DNA of 64,000 nt, taken from assembly GCA_963827465.1 (NCBI GenBank), contig CAWHBC010000030.1, forward strand, positions 1,422 to 65,421. Direction: 5' to 3'. Below are positions 18,651 to 29,101 of the stretch, in pieces. Position 1 is the first letter of the stretch, and the number at the start of each line of letters is the position of its first letter. This stretch comes from an uncultured Alphaproteobacteria bacterium. Its GTDB lineage: Bacteria > Pseudomonadota > Alphaproteobacteria > Rhizobiales > Xanthobacteraceae. A program made the position numbers and the translations under genes. Under the pieces are notes generated by a model, which saw only the letters and a list, made by a program, of their open reading frames with translations, ran no database searches and was not told the DNA's origin.

Positions 18651-18931
18651 TTAATCATTCTCGATCATCTTCGAAATCCGCAAGCCGCTTTCGGCTGCGC
18701 CTCGGCAGCATCCTTCGAGGCCCGCCTTCGGCGGGCACCTCAGAATGAGGAGGGAAGAGCGGATTGCGCTTCAGCAAGTAGCAGCCGGATGGAGCGCAGC
18801 GCAATCCGGGAACGATCGCGAAGAAAATCGCCGGCGTGCCACGTCAACGTCGACGCAAACGAACGTCAGACGTGGGCACGCTTCGCTTTGCCCACCCTAC
18901 GCAACTCCCGGCAACACAGCGCCCTGCGCCC

Positions 18932-19270
18932 CTACCGCCAATGGCCGCCGTGCCGATAGCCGTAGGCGTAGCGCGGGCCGTAGCCGTGCCAATAGCCGCG
19001 GCCGTAATAGTACGGCGCCACGTAATAGGCCGGCGTGTCATAGGCATAATAGGCGACCGGCGGCGGCGCGTAATAGGCGGGCGGCGGCGGCGGATAGACG
19101 TAAGCTTCCTCGACCGGCGCCGGGGCATAGGCAGGCGGCGGCGCATATTGCGCTTGCGGCGGCTGGTATGGCGGCGCCACGCTCATATCGGCGGCGCTGG
19201 CGGAAAGCGGCGTGAGCGCGCCGAGCGCGACGGCGCCGGCGGTCAATGACAGCATGATCGGATTGCGCAT
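18932..19270 (-). CDS. secreted Pro/Tyr/Gly-rich low-complexity protein
   Basis: Signal peptide MRNPIMLSLTAGAVALGALTPLSASAA, then PPYQPPQAQYAPPPAYAPAP...YYAPPPVAYYAY...YYYGRGYWHGYGPRYAYGYRHGGHWR. Confidence 0.6.
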   Translation of the reverse strand: MRNPIMLSLTAGAVALGALTPLSASAADMSVAPPYQPPQAQYAPPPAYAPAPVEEAYVYPPPPPAYYAPPPVAYYAYDTPAYYVAPYYYGRGYWHGYGPRYAYGYRHGGHWR

Positions 19271-19486
19271 GGATTGGCCTCTTCCAAAAAGCGGATTCAA
19301 ACGACCGTTTCATTAGAGGCCGGTGCCCGGGCAGAATTAGAGCCGGTTGGCGGCGGATTTGGGCAATTTCGGCAACAGGCGTTCATCGCACGCCGGCTTG
19401 CGCCATCCGGCCGGGAACTCATTGCCCGCGGCGGCATTAAAATGTCGGGCTGGAGTGTCACTCACCTGCGCGGGTGAAGGGGGCCG

Positions 19487-21449
19487 ATGGAATCGCCGGA
19501 TCAACTCGACTTGCCGCGGACGCTTGACGAACGCTATCGCCTCTTGATCGAGGCGGTGACCGACTATGCCATCTACATGCTGGATCCCAGCGGCATCGTC
19601 GTGAGCTGGAACCCCGGCGCCCAGCGCTTCAAGGGCTATTTTGCCCACGAAATCATCGGCCAGCATTTTTCACGGTTTTATACCGAGGAAGACCGCGCGA
19701 CCGGACTGCCGAAACGCGCACTGGCGACCGCAGAGCGCGAGGGCAAGTTCGAGAGCGAAGGCTGGCGCGTTCGCAAGGACGGCAGCCGGTTTTGGGCGGC
19801 CGTGGTCATCGATCCGGTCCGCTCGCCGGCCGGCAAGCTCATCGGCTACGCCAAGGTCACCCGCGATCTCACCGAGCGCAGGCAAGCCGAGCAGACGCTC
19901 AAGCTCAGCGAACAGCAGTTCCGGCTGCTGGTGCAGGGCGTCACCGACTACGCCATTTTCATGCTCGACACCAACGGCATCGTCACCAACTGGAATCAGG
20001 GGGCGCAGCGGATCAAGGGCTACACGCCCGACGAAATCATCGGCCGGCATTTCTCGCAATTTTATACCGATGAGGATCGCGCCACCGGCGAGCCGGCACG
20101 CGCGCTTGAGACCGCAAAGCGCGACGGCAAATTCGAGAAGGAAGGCTGGCGCGTGCGCAAGGACGGGTCGCGGTTTTGGGCGCATGTCGTGCTCGATGCG
20201 CTGCGCGACGAGACCGGCTCGCTGCTCGGCTTCGCCAAGATTACCAAGGATATCACCGAGCGAAAGGACGCCCAGGAGAAGCTCGACCGGACCCGCGAAG
20301 CGCTCGCGCAATCGCAAAAAATGGAAGCCATCGGCCACCTGACCGGCGGCATCGCCCACGATTTCAACAATCTGCTGATGGCGGTGTTGAGCGGTCTCGA
20401 GCTTATCCGCAAACGTCTGCCGGACGATCCGAAGCTCACGATGCTGCTCGACAATTCGGTGCAGGCGGCGCGGCGCGGCGCCGCGCTAACCCAGCGCATG
20501 CTGGCCTTCGCGCGGCGGCAGGAGCTGAAAACCGAAACCATCCGTATTCCGCAACTGGTGCACGGCATGAGCGATCTGCTGGAACGCTCGCTGGGGCGGT
20601 CGATCTCGATCGAGACCCGGTTTCCGCTGCGATTGCCGGCGATCCTGGCCGACGCCAATCAGCTCGAAATGGCGCTTCTCAATCTGGCGGTGAACGCGCG
20701 CGATGCGATGCCGCAGGGCGGCAAAATCGTCGTCGCCGCGGAGGAACATTCGATCGGCGCCGACAACGACTACGATCTCAAGCCGGGGCGCGTATGTCCG
20801 CCTCAGCGTGACCGATAACGGCGCCGGCATGGACGCGGCCACGCTGCGGCGCGCGACCGAGCCGTTCTTCACCACCAAGGGCGTGGGCAAAGGCACCGGG
20901 CTCGGCTTGCCGATGGTCAATGGGCTTGCCGAACAGTTCGGCGGCCGTTTCGAGCTGCGCAGCCGCGTCGGCGACGGCACGATCGCGGAAATCTGGCTGC
21001 CGGCCGGCGAAGCGCCGGCAGTGCCGGCCGCCCGCGCCGCCGGACCGCCCGCCGAGACGGCCCGCGAGCCGCGGGTAATACTCGCCGTCGACGACGATCC
21101 GCTGGTGCTGACCAACACCATCGCCATGCTGGAGGATCTCGGCCACACCGCGTTTGCGGCGGAGTCCGGCCGCGAGGCACTGGAGATTCTCCGCGGCGAC
21201 AATCCGATCGATCTCGTCCTCACCGACCAGATCATGCCCGGCATGACCGGCGCGGAGCTGGCGGCGGCGATCCGCGCCGAATGGCCGGGCCTTCCCGTCG
21301 TTCTCGCCACCGGTTACGCCGAGACGCCGCGCGGGGTGGCGTTGCCGCGGCTGTCGAAACCGTTCGGCCAGGCGGAATTGGCCGAGCGCATTGCGTCCCT
21401 GCATGGCGAAGTGAACAAAATGGCGGCGCTTGCCGCGGCTCCGAAATAA
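19487..21449 (+). pseudogene. hybrid sensor histidine kinase (2 x PAS, HisKA, HATPase, receiver), frame broken at 20785-20788
   Basis: Two near-identical PAS modules (GAQRFKGY/GAQRIKGY). H-box LTGGIAHDFNNLL and N-box LAVNARDAM. ORF 19487..20818 ends in nonsense after DLKPG. ORF 20703..21449 supplies YVRLSVTDNGAGMD...GKGTGLGL plus a receiver (ILAVDDD...DLVLTDQIMPGMTG). There is an extra base in the gggg run. Confidence 0.85.
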
Positions 21450-21496
21450 AAAGAAGCCCCGGCGCGGTGCCGGGGCTTTTAGAACATCATGCAGTT

Positions 21497-21736
21497 TTAG
21501 TTTTTGTTTTGACTAGCGGTTCTGCTGGCCGCCGTGCTGTCCGCCTTGGCCGCCGTGCTGGCCGCCCTGTCCGCCCGACCGCCTTGCTGGCCGCCCTGTT
21601 GGCCGCCTTGGCCCGGCTTCTGGTTGGGCTGCTGATTCTGCTGGTCGTTGCGCTGACCGCCCTGACCGCCGCCCTGCTGCTGGCCACCCTGGCCACCTTG
21701 CTGCTGCGTGTGCTGCTTGTTTTCTTGATCGGCCAT
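21497..21736 (-). pseudogene. small Gln/Gly-rich low-complexity (stress-protein-like) gene with a probable 1-nt deletion near 21574-21580
   Basis: MADQENKQHTQQQGGQGGQQQGGGQGGQRNDQQNQQPNQKPGQGGQQGGQQGG, then the repeat pattern is lost (RADRAASTAAK...). A +1 shift restores GGQGGQHGGQGGQHGGQQNR* with a stop at 21513-21515. Confidence 0.55.
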
Positions 21737-21987
21737 TGATTGTTTCCTTGTTTGAATTGCCGGAGCCTCGCCGTTTTCGATCGAATCAAAAACGGGCGCC
21801 GGCTTTTTCGATTGAGCGTGATCTTGGTCCGAAAACCGAAGTCCGCTTTTCGGGATCATGCCCTGGCCGACTTCAAGTATCCGATAACGCGTTACGTTCC
21901 TTGTGACGAATCGGAAAAATATGGTGCGCCGCACTGCGTCAATTGCCGCAAGCCGCGAGCGCATCGCCTGCATCATTTCGAAACAAT

Positions 21988-22013
21988 GGAACTAATAGTT
22001 CCCGAGCCCGCTT
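21988..22013 (+). promoter_or_regulatory. possible EcfG-type (general stress sigma) promoter
   Basis: GGAAC-N16-CGCT about 30 nt upstream of the 24-codon ORF. The consensus as I recall it is GGAAC-N16/17-CGTT, so the -10 element is only a partial match. Confidence 0.25.
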
Positions 22014-22050
22014 GATGTGTGCGGTCGAGGCGGCCGCACAGGAGACTGAC

Positions 22051-22125
22051 ATGCCGGTTCTGCTCTGGTTGCTGGGTGTCCCAGCCATTGTCGTGATCGC
22101 GCTCGTGGTCACTCACGTTATCTGA
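22051..22125 (+). CDS. 24-aa hydrophobic peptide (MPVLLWLLGVPAIVVIALVVTHVI)
   Basis: GGAG Shine-Dalgarno 7 nt upstream of the ATG and a single transmembrane helix. Below the ORF-track size cutoff. Confidence 0.45.
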   Translation: MPVLLWLLGVPAIVVIALVVTHVI

Positions 22126-22213
22126 ATCTGACGGTCTTTCTTTGTCGCCGCCGCGAGGCGGCCGTTCGGTCTTTGACGATCGGTCGCCGCGAGCGCGCAA
22201 ACAGGGGGCACCC

Positions 22214-22297
22214 ATGGAATTGATTTTGATTATTGTCGTGCTGGTTCTGCTTTTTGGCGGCGGCGGCTATTACGGCCGGCGCAGAGGCCATTGGTGA
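22214..22297 (+). CDS. 27-aa hydrophobic peptide (MELILIIVVLVLLFGGGGYYGRRRGHW)
   Basis: GGGGG Shine-Dalgarno-like run 6 nt upstream. A transmembrane helix followed by a Gly/Tyr/Arg tail. Below the ORF-track size cutoff. Confidence 0.45.
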   Translation: MELILIIVVLVLLFGGGGYYGRRRGHW

Positions 22298-22341
22298 GCA
22301 GCGCCGTCTGCGCGGCTTTGCGCTAAGGCCGCGCCCAGCGT

Positions 22342-23556
22342 TCACAGCGACAGGTTCGTCACCGGTACCGTCATGGCGACGGTCAGGCCCTCGGGCTTCC
22401 AGTCATATTTCAGCTCGCCCTGGAATTGACCGACGATGGTGGATTGCGACAGCTTGGTGCCGAAGCCGGTCACGTCCGGCGGCCGGGCGATCGCCGGGCC
22501 GCCGCGCTCCGACCAATCGATCACAAGCCGCTCGCCTTGCGTCCGCCATTTCAGCTCGACCGTGCCGCGCTCCGCCGTCAGCGCCCCATACTTCGCCGCG
22601 TTGGTCGCGAGTTCATGCAGCACCAGCGCCAGACCGTTGGTCGCGCGCTCGCCCAATGACACCGCCGGGCCCTTGGCGACGAAGTGATTGCGCTTTTCGG
22701 GCGGCGCGTGCGGCCGCATGATCTTTTCGACCAGTTCCGCCAGATCGGCGCGTTCGGCGACCGCTTTGTCGGCAAAGCTCCGGCGCACCAAAGCGTTGGC
22801 TTCCTGCAGCGCTTCCAGTCGCCCCGATAGAATTTCCGACATTTCCGCCGGCGTCGACGCCGCCTTTTCGCTCACCCGCACGATGCCGGCGGTGACCGCG
22901 AACAGGTTCTTGACGCGGTGGCTCATTTCCTTGGTCAGCGTCTCCTGCTGCTCCAGCGCCTCCTTGAGACGGTGCTCGGTATTGAGCATGCGCAGCGCGA
23001 TGCCGACAAACGCCGCCAGTTCGGTCATCGCGCGCGCATGACCGCTGTCGAAGTGGCCTTCCTTGTCGGAGACGATCCACAGCGTTCCGAGCGGCGCGTT
23101 GCTGCCCAGATAAAGCGGGACCAGCAGCACCTCGGGAACGACGATATTGGCGTTGGCAATCCAATCGTAGACCCGCTCCGGGTGCAACGACAGGACGGGC
23201 CGGTTGCAGTCGAGCGTCACGCCGCACGGGCTGAAGTTTCGCGGCGTGGTGGCTTCCTCGAACGGCGCCAAGACGCCGCGCAGATAGCGCCAGCGGAACA
23301 CGCCCGGTGCCGGTTTTTCCTCGAACAGGCTGAGACCGGCCGAGACCCCGCCGGTGATCTCCATGGCCAGATCGACGAACCGCGGCAGGATCTGCTCGGG
23401 CTGGTCGGCCATGCGCGCCGCCAGATCCTGCAGCGCCAGCTTTTCCTGGAGGAAGTCGGTTTTCTTCGGAACGCGGCGGTCGAGCTCTTCGGTGATGTAC
23501 ACGGCCTCGACCGGCACACCGTTGCTTTGGACTTCCCGCTTCAGAGGCTGGTTCAC
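22342..23556 (-). CDS. GAF-domain HWE/HisKA_2-type sensor histidine kinase
   Basis: 404 aa with a GTG start. H-box EMSHRVKNLFAVTAGIV and ATP-lid region LHELATNAAKYGAL...WSERGGP. Confidence 0.85.
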   Translation of the reverse strand: MNQPLKREVQSNGVPVEAVYITEELDRRVPKKTDFLQEKLALQDLAARMADQPEQILPRFVDLAMEITGGVSAGLSLFEEKPAPGVFRWRYLRGVLAPFEEATTPRNFSPCGVTLDCNRPVLSLHPERVYDWIANANIVVPEVLLVPLYLGSNAPLGTLWIVSDKEGHFDSGHARAMTELAAFVGIALRMLNTEHRLKEALEQQETLTKEMSHRVKNLFAVTAGIVRVSEKAASTPAEMSEILSGRLEALQEANALVRRSFADKAVAERADLAELVEKIMRPHAPPEKRNHFVAKGPAVSLGERATNGLALVLHELATNAAKYGALTAERGTVELKWRTQGERLVIDWSERGGPAIARPPDVTGFGTKLSQSTIVGQFQGELKYDWKPEGLTVAMTVPVTNLSL

Positions 23557-23647
23557 CCGTCACCCGATCGCGAAAGCAATCCGCGGCTCGCTACTCTATA
23601 GTGTTACATAGGGGACCGCAGAAAGCACGACGAGACATCGTCTCCCT

Positions 23648-23680
23648 TAACTTTATGTCATTTGTAACTTATGTCATTTG
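23648..23680. repeat. tandem direct repeat (taactttatgtcatttg / taacttatgtcatttg) in an AT-rich divergent promoter region
   Basis: Read directly from the sequence. 17 + 16 nt, one indel between copies. Confidence 0.85.
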
Positions 23681-23834
23681 ACATGGTTCCACTGTGGATT
23701 CGCAAAAGCTTGGCGGCTTGGCCATGGCCGGCGCGCCGCCGCCCAGCGGAATAAGGCAGCGTGAACCAGCAATGACTCGGCGACGTATTTCTCTATAGTG
23801 CGGCCAGGTTGCCGCGCCTGCCCCGGAGGCGATC

Positions 23835-24131
23835 TTGCCGATCGAACATGACGACGACGCAACGCGGGCGGTGGCGCGGCTGCCGGGGCTCGACATCGCG
23901 ATCGAACACCGCCGCTCGGACCATGCCGAGCAGATTTCCATTCACCTGCAGGCGACGCCGTCATTCAAGGCGTTCGGCGATTATATCGACACCGCTAATC
24001 CGTTCGCGTTCTGGGCGCGCGCCGCCCAACTCGCCTGGCTGCCTTGGCTGGCCTGGTCGCCCTGGCTCAATGCCACGCGCGCCCTGCTGCCGCCACGCGC
24101 CGAGGATACGCCGCCGACGGCGCCGGAATAG
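23835..24131 (+). CDS. hypothetical protein (98 aa, TTG start)
   Basis: High third-position GC over the whole ORF. Trp-rich C-terminal part (AQLAWLPWLAWSPWLNAT). No family recognised. Confidence 0.4.
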   Translation: MPIEHDDDATRAVARLPGLDIAIEHRRSDHAEQISIHLQATPSFKAFGDYIDTANPFAFWARAAQLAWLPWLAWSPWLNATRALLPPRAEDTPPTAPE

Positions 24132-24227
24132 GGGGATAGCGGCGGGGCGCAGGCGGCTCGATCACTTCGCTTCGCCGGCAATGACGCATACACTGCGCCG
24201 CCGGGGAATCGGGGCCGAAATCCGAAC

Positions 24228-25478
24228 ATGCCAAATCTGCAATCGGCGCTGGGCGTGATCGCTATTCTGGCGTTCGCCTTCGTCATCAGCGAGAACCGGC
24301 GCGCGGTGCCGTGGCGGCCCGTCGTCATCGGACTGGCGCTGACATTTGCGCTTGCCGCGCTGATGCTCAAAGTGCCGCAGACGCAAGTCGCCTTCAACTG
24401 GATCAACAGCGCGGTCGAGGCGGTGGCCGGCGCGACCAAGGCCGGCACCAGCTTCGTGTTCGGCTATGTCGGCGGCGGCGCGCCGCCGTTCGACGTCAAG
24501 ACGCCAGCGGCGCAATTCATTCTCGGCTTCCAGGCGCTGCCGGTGGTGCTGGTGATGAGCGTATTGTCGTCGCTGTTGTTCTATTGGCGCATCATGCCGC
24601 CGATCGTGCGCGGCTTCTCCTGGGCGCTGGAGAAAACGCTCGACGTCGGCGGCGCGGCGGGGCTGTCGACCGCGGCCAATATTTTTGTCGGCCAGGTCGA
24701 GGCGCCGCTGTTCATCCGGCCCTATCTGCCGCAGCTCTCGCGCAGCGAAATGTTCATCGTCATGACCGGCGGCATGGCCGGCATCGCCGGCACCGTGTTC
24801 GTGCTCTATGCCACCATCCTCGCCGATGCCATCCCCAATGCCGCCGGCCATATCGCGGTATGCTCGGTGCTCGGCGCGCCGGCCGCGATCCTGATTTCGC
24901 TGATCATGGTGCCGGATCCTTATCAGCAGCACACCGGCGGCACGCTCGACGACGTCGAGCAGGTGGCGCATTCGACCATGGATGCCATCGTCAAAGGCAC
25001 CGGCGCGGGGCTCGAGCTGCTGCTCAACATCGTCGCCATGCTGATCGTGTTCGTGGCGCTGGTCTATCTCGCCAATGCCATCCTCGGCGCGCTGCCGGAC
25101 GTGCTGGGCGCGCCGCTGACCATGCAGCGCATGCTCGGCTGGATCATGGCGCCGGTGTGCTGGCTGATGGGCATCCCGTGGTCGCAGGCCGTCACCGCCG
25201 GCGGCTTGATGGGGATCAAGACAATTTTGAACGAGCTTGTCGCCTATCTGCAGCTCGCGGCGCTACCGGAAGGCGCGCTCGATGCCCGCTCGCGGGTGAT
25301 CATGCTCTATGCCTTGTGCGGCTTCGCCAATTTCGGCTCGCTCGGCATCATGATCGCGGGGCTGTCGACCATGTGCCCGGAAAAGCGCGGCGAGGTGGTG
25401 TCGCTGGGGCTCAAATCGATCGTGTCGGGGACGCTGACCACGTGTTTGCTGGGCGCCATCGTGGGCGTGCTGACGTAA
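24228..25478 (+). CDS. nupC: NupC/NupG-family concentrative nucleoside transporter
   Basis: 416 aa and polytopic. Typical CNT N-terminus MPNLQSALGVIAILAFAFVISENRR and conserved GFANFGSLGI near the C-terminus. Confidence 0.88.
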   Translation: MPNLQSALGVIAILAFAFVISENRRAVPWRPVVIGLALTFALAALMLKVPQTQVAFNWINSAVEAVAGATKAGTSFVFGYVGGGAPPFDVKTPAAQFILGFQALPVVLVMSVLSSLLFYWRIMPPIVRGFSWALEKTLDVGGAAGLSTAANIFVGQVEAPLFIRPYLPQLSRSEMFIVMTGGMAGIAGTVFVLYATILADAIPNAAGHIAVCSVLGAPAAILISLIMVPDPYQQHTGGTLDDVEQVAHSTMDAIVKGTGAGLELLLNIVAMLIVFVALVYLANAILGALPDVLGAPLTMQRMLGWIMAPVCWLMGIPWSQAVTAGGLMGIKTILNELVAYLQLAALPEGALDARSRVIMLYALCGFANFGSLGIMIAGLSTMCPEKRGEVVSLGLKSIVSGTLTTCLLGAIVGVLT

Positions 25479-25494
25479 CCGTCGCCTCTACGAT

Positions 25495-26014
25495 CTATTT
25501 CAGGCTGACGGTAAAGACGCCGTCGAATTTGGTCCGGTCGGCGGCGGGAGTTCTCGGCATGGCCTGCCGCCAAAGCCGGCGCCACGGCTGCGGCCGCCGC
25601 CGCGGCATGCTGGCGTTCCAAAAACTGGGCTGGCTTGGTCATGAACGCCGTGTCGATCTTCAGCCTGAGCGCTTGCGCATCGAACGGCTTGACGATGTAG
25701 CTGTTGGCGCCCGCTTTCTTCGCGGCGATGACATCGTCCGATTTGGATTCACCGGTTACGACCACGGGAATGCGATTGAGGCACGGATCGCTGCGCATCT
25801 CATGAAGCAATTCGCGGCCGGTCACCGGCGTCATGTCCCAGCTCGAAATGACGAGGCTGTAGTGCCGCTCGCGCATCTTGGCGAGCGCTTCGCTGCCATC
25901 GGCCGCATCGTCGACGTCAAGGCAGCGTAATCGCCGCAGCAGGGCGCGGATAATCCGAATCTCCGCTTCGTGGCCGTCGACCACGAGCACCGGCGCGAAT
26001 GAATCGAATGCCAT
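25495..26014 (-). pseudogene. CheY-like single-domain response regulator with extended tail, probable frameshift near 25546-25548
   Basis: VLVVDGHEAE...LVISSWDMTPVTG...YIVKPF. As read, the ORF (25307..26032) runs 170 nt antisense into nupC with low third-position GC. A frame one base over has high GC3 and ends DRTKFDGVFTVSLK* at 25495-25497. Confidence 0.7.
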
Positions 26015-26217
26015 GTTATGCCACCGGCTCATGCAATCGGTGCATCACGGTCGCGCCCTGGGCGTCGAAAACGGCCGGACCCTCCAGGCGATCCCAGTGT
26101 ATCGTCGGCGAAGCTACACCAATAGATTGAACCACAGGTAAAGGGCGGTTGGCGATCAGCCCGGGGCAGAGCAATCTCTGAGCCCGGTATCGCCCTGCAA
26201 TCCAGGGGAGAATCGCT

Positions 26218-26244
26218 CCCGGATCGCGCCAGGCGCGATCCGGG
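26218..26244. repeat. perfect 13-bp-arm hairpin cccggatcgcgcc-a-ggcgcgatccggg
   Basis: Read directly from the sequence, 9 nt downstream of the usg stop. There is no U-tract, so it is REP-like rather than a classical terminator. Confidence 0.8.
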
Positions 26245-26252
26245 CTAGGAAT

Positions 26253-26522
26253 TCAATGCAGCCGGAATTCGCCGTCCACGGCGCGGATTTCGGCCGGCTT
26301 GATCAGCTTGGCATGGGCCACGGTGACCGAGTGCAGCGGCCCTTCAAGCTTCTCCAGCCAGAAATTGAGGAATTTGTTGAGCACCGGGAAGTTCGGGCAG
26401 AGGTCGTAATCCTGCCAAACATAGGTCTGTAATAGCCACGGGTGGTCGGGCCGCCGGTAGAGGATATTGGCGGTGGTCAATCCGTAGCCTTCGAGCTGAC
26501 TGCGAAACTCTTTCGACACCAT
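26253..26522 (-). CDS. usg: Usg family protein
   Basis: MVSKEFRSQLEGYGLTTANILYRRPDHPWLLQTYVWQDYDLCPNFPVLNKFLNFW matches the Usg protein pattern from memory. Confidence 0.8.
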   Translation of the reverse strand: MVSKEFRSQLEGYGLTTANILYRRPDHPWLLQTYVWQDYDLCPNFPVLNKFLNFWLEKLEGPLHSVTVAHAKLIKPAEIRAVDGEFRLH

Positions 26523-26766
26523 AGTGCCCTCCAATCCCGGCACGGGAATGTTTCGAGACTCGCTTTGCTATTGCAAGCCTCAAAAGTGAATAAGTTGTGT
26601 ACTTTCAAGGCACTAGCAGCATCCTTGCGGCGGTGCTAACAGCGCGATCGGAACTACACCGTTCCGATTCCAACGGAACTTTCTGGGACAAGTTTCCTGG
26701 TCTGGAACCGGAATATTTCGCCGCAGCGTTTGGAACCCGACGGAATAATCCGCCCGCCAATTCTTG

Positions 26767-26793
26767 TTGGCAGTCCGATCCGATGAGTGCTAA
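26767..26793 (+). promoter_or_regulatory. CIRCE (HrcA operator) upstream of groES
   Basis: TTGGCAGTC-N9-GAGTGCTAA against the consensus TTAGCACTC-N9-GAGTGCTAA. The right arm is perfect, the left arm matches 7/9, and the spacing is exact. Confidence 0.75.
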
Positions 26794-26927
26794 ATAATTT
26801 TCCGAGACCTCTTGTGGGCGCCAAAACCACGCCCCAATTCAGCATCAAGCGGTCTGCCGAGGGACTCTTGAAGGCCGCTCACACGAAATCACAAACGTCT
26901 TTGTTTTCAACAACTTAGGAGGACACC

Positions 26928-27242
26928 ATGAAGTTTCGTCCGCTTCACGATCGCGTCGTCGTCAAGCGCATCGATGCCGAGGAAAAGACCACCGGCGGCA
27001 TCATCATCCCGGACACCGCCAAAGAGAAACCCTCGCAGGGCGAAGTCATCGCCGTCGGCCCGGGCGGCCGCGACGAGGCCGGCAAGCTCATCCCGATCGA
27101 CATTAAAGTCGGCGAGCGCGTGCTGTTCGGCAAATGGTCGGGCACCGAGGTCAAGATCGACGGCGAGGATCTCCTGATCATGAAGGAGTCCGACATCATG
27201 GGCGTGCTCGACGAGCCGGTTGCCCGCAAGAAGGCCGCGTAA
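26928..27242 (+). CDS. groES: co-chaperonin GroES
   Basis: [46 protein letters not shown], with AGGAGG upstream. Confidence 0.97.
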   Translation: MKFRPLHDRVVVKRIDAEEKTTGGIIIPDTAKEKPSQGEVIAVGPGGRDEAGKLIPIDIKVGERVLFGKWSGTEVKIDGEDLLIMKESDIMGVLDEPVARKKAA

Positions 27243-27359
27243 TCAGAAAACCCGTCATCCTGAGGTGGCCGCGCAGCGGCCCTCGAAGGATGACATTCCG
27301 AAACAGCACCCTTCGAGGCGAGCTTCGCTCGCACCTCAGGGTGACGAACCAGGAGTTAA

Positions 27360-29000
<1,641 letters not shown>

Positions 29001-29025
29001 ATCCATCTCCGAGTCAATCTACGAA

Positions 29026-29053
29026 GGGCGCGGCGCAAGCCGCGCCCTTTTTC
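29026..29053 (+). terminator. intrinsic terminator of groESL
   Basis: gggcgcggc-gcaa-gccgcgccc followed by ttttt. 9-bp perfect stem with a GNRA-like loop. Confidence 0.85.
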
Positions 29054-29101
29054 TTGTTCGACAAGTGACTACAATGGCGCCGAACAGAGAGACATCCCGG
29101 C

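Noticed and set aside
20783-20792. Programmed ribosomal frameshifting as an explanation for the split genes
   Set aside because: None of the break points has a slippery heptamer or a downstream pseudoknot-like context. The breaks affect unrelated genes and sit in plain G/C runs. Sequencing error or mutation is more parsimonious.
21737-21910. EcfG-type promoter for the Q/G-rich gene (GGAAC on the minus strand near 21895)
   Set aside because: There is no CGTT-like -10 element at N16-17, and the element lies about 165 nt from the start codon. It is only a partial word match.
26600-26640. Second CIRCE-like element (ggcactagc...ggtgctaa) upstream of groES
   Set aside because: The left arm matches the consensus poorly (about 5/9) and the spacing is about 14 nt instead of 9.
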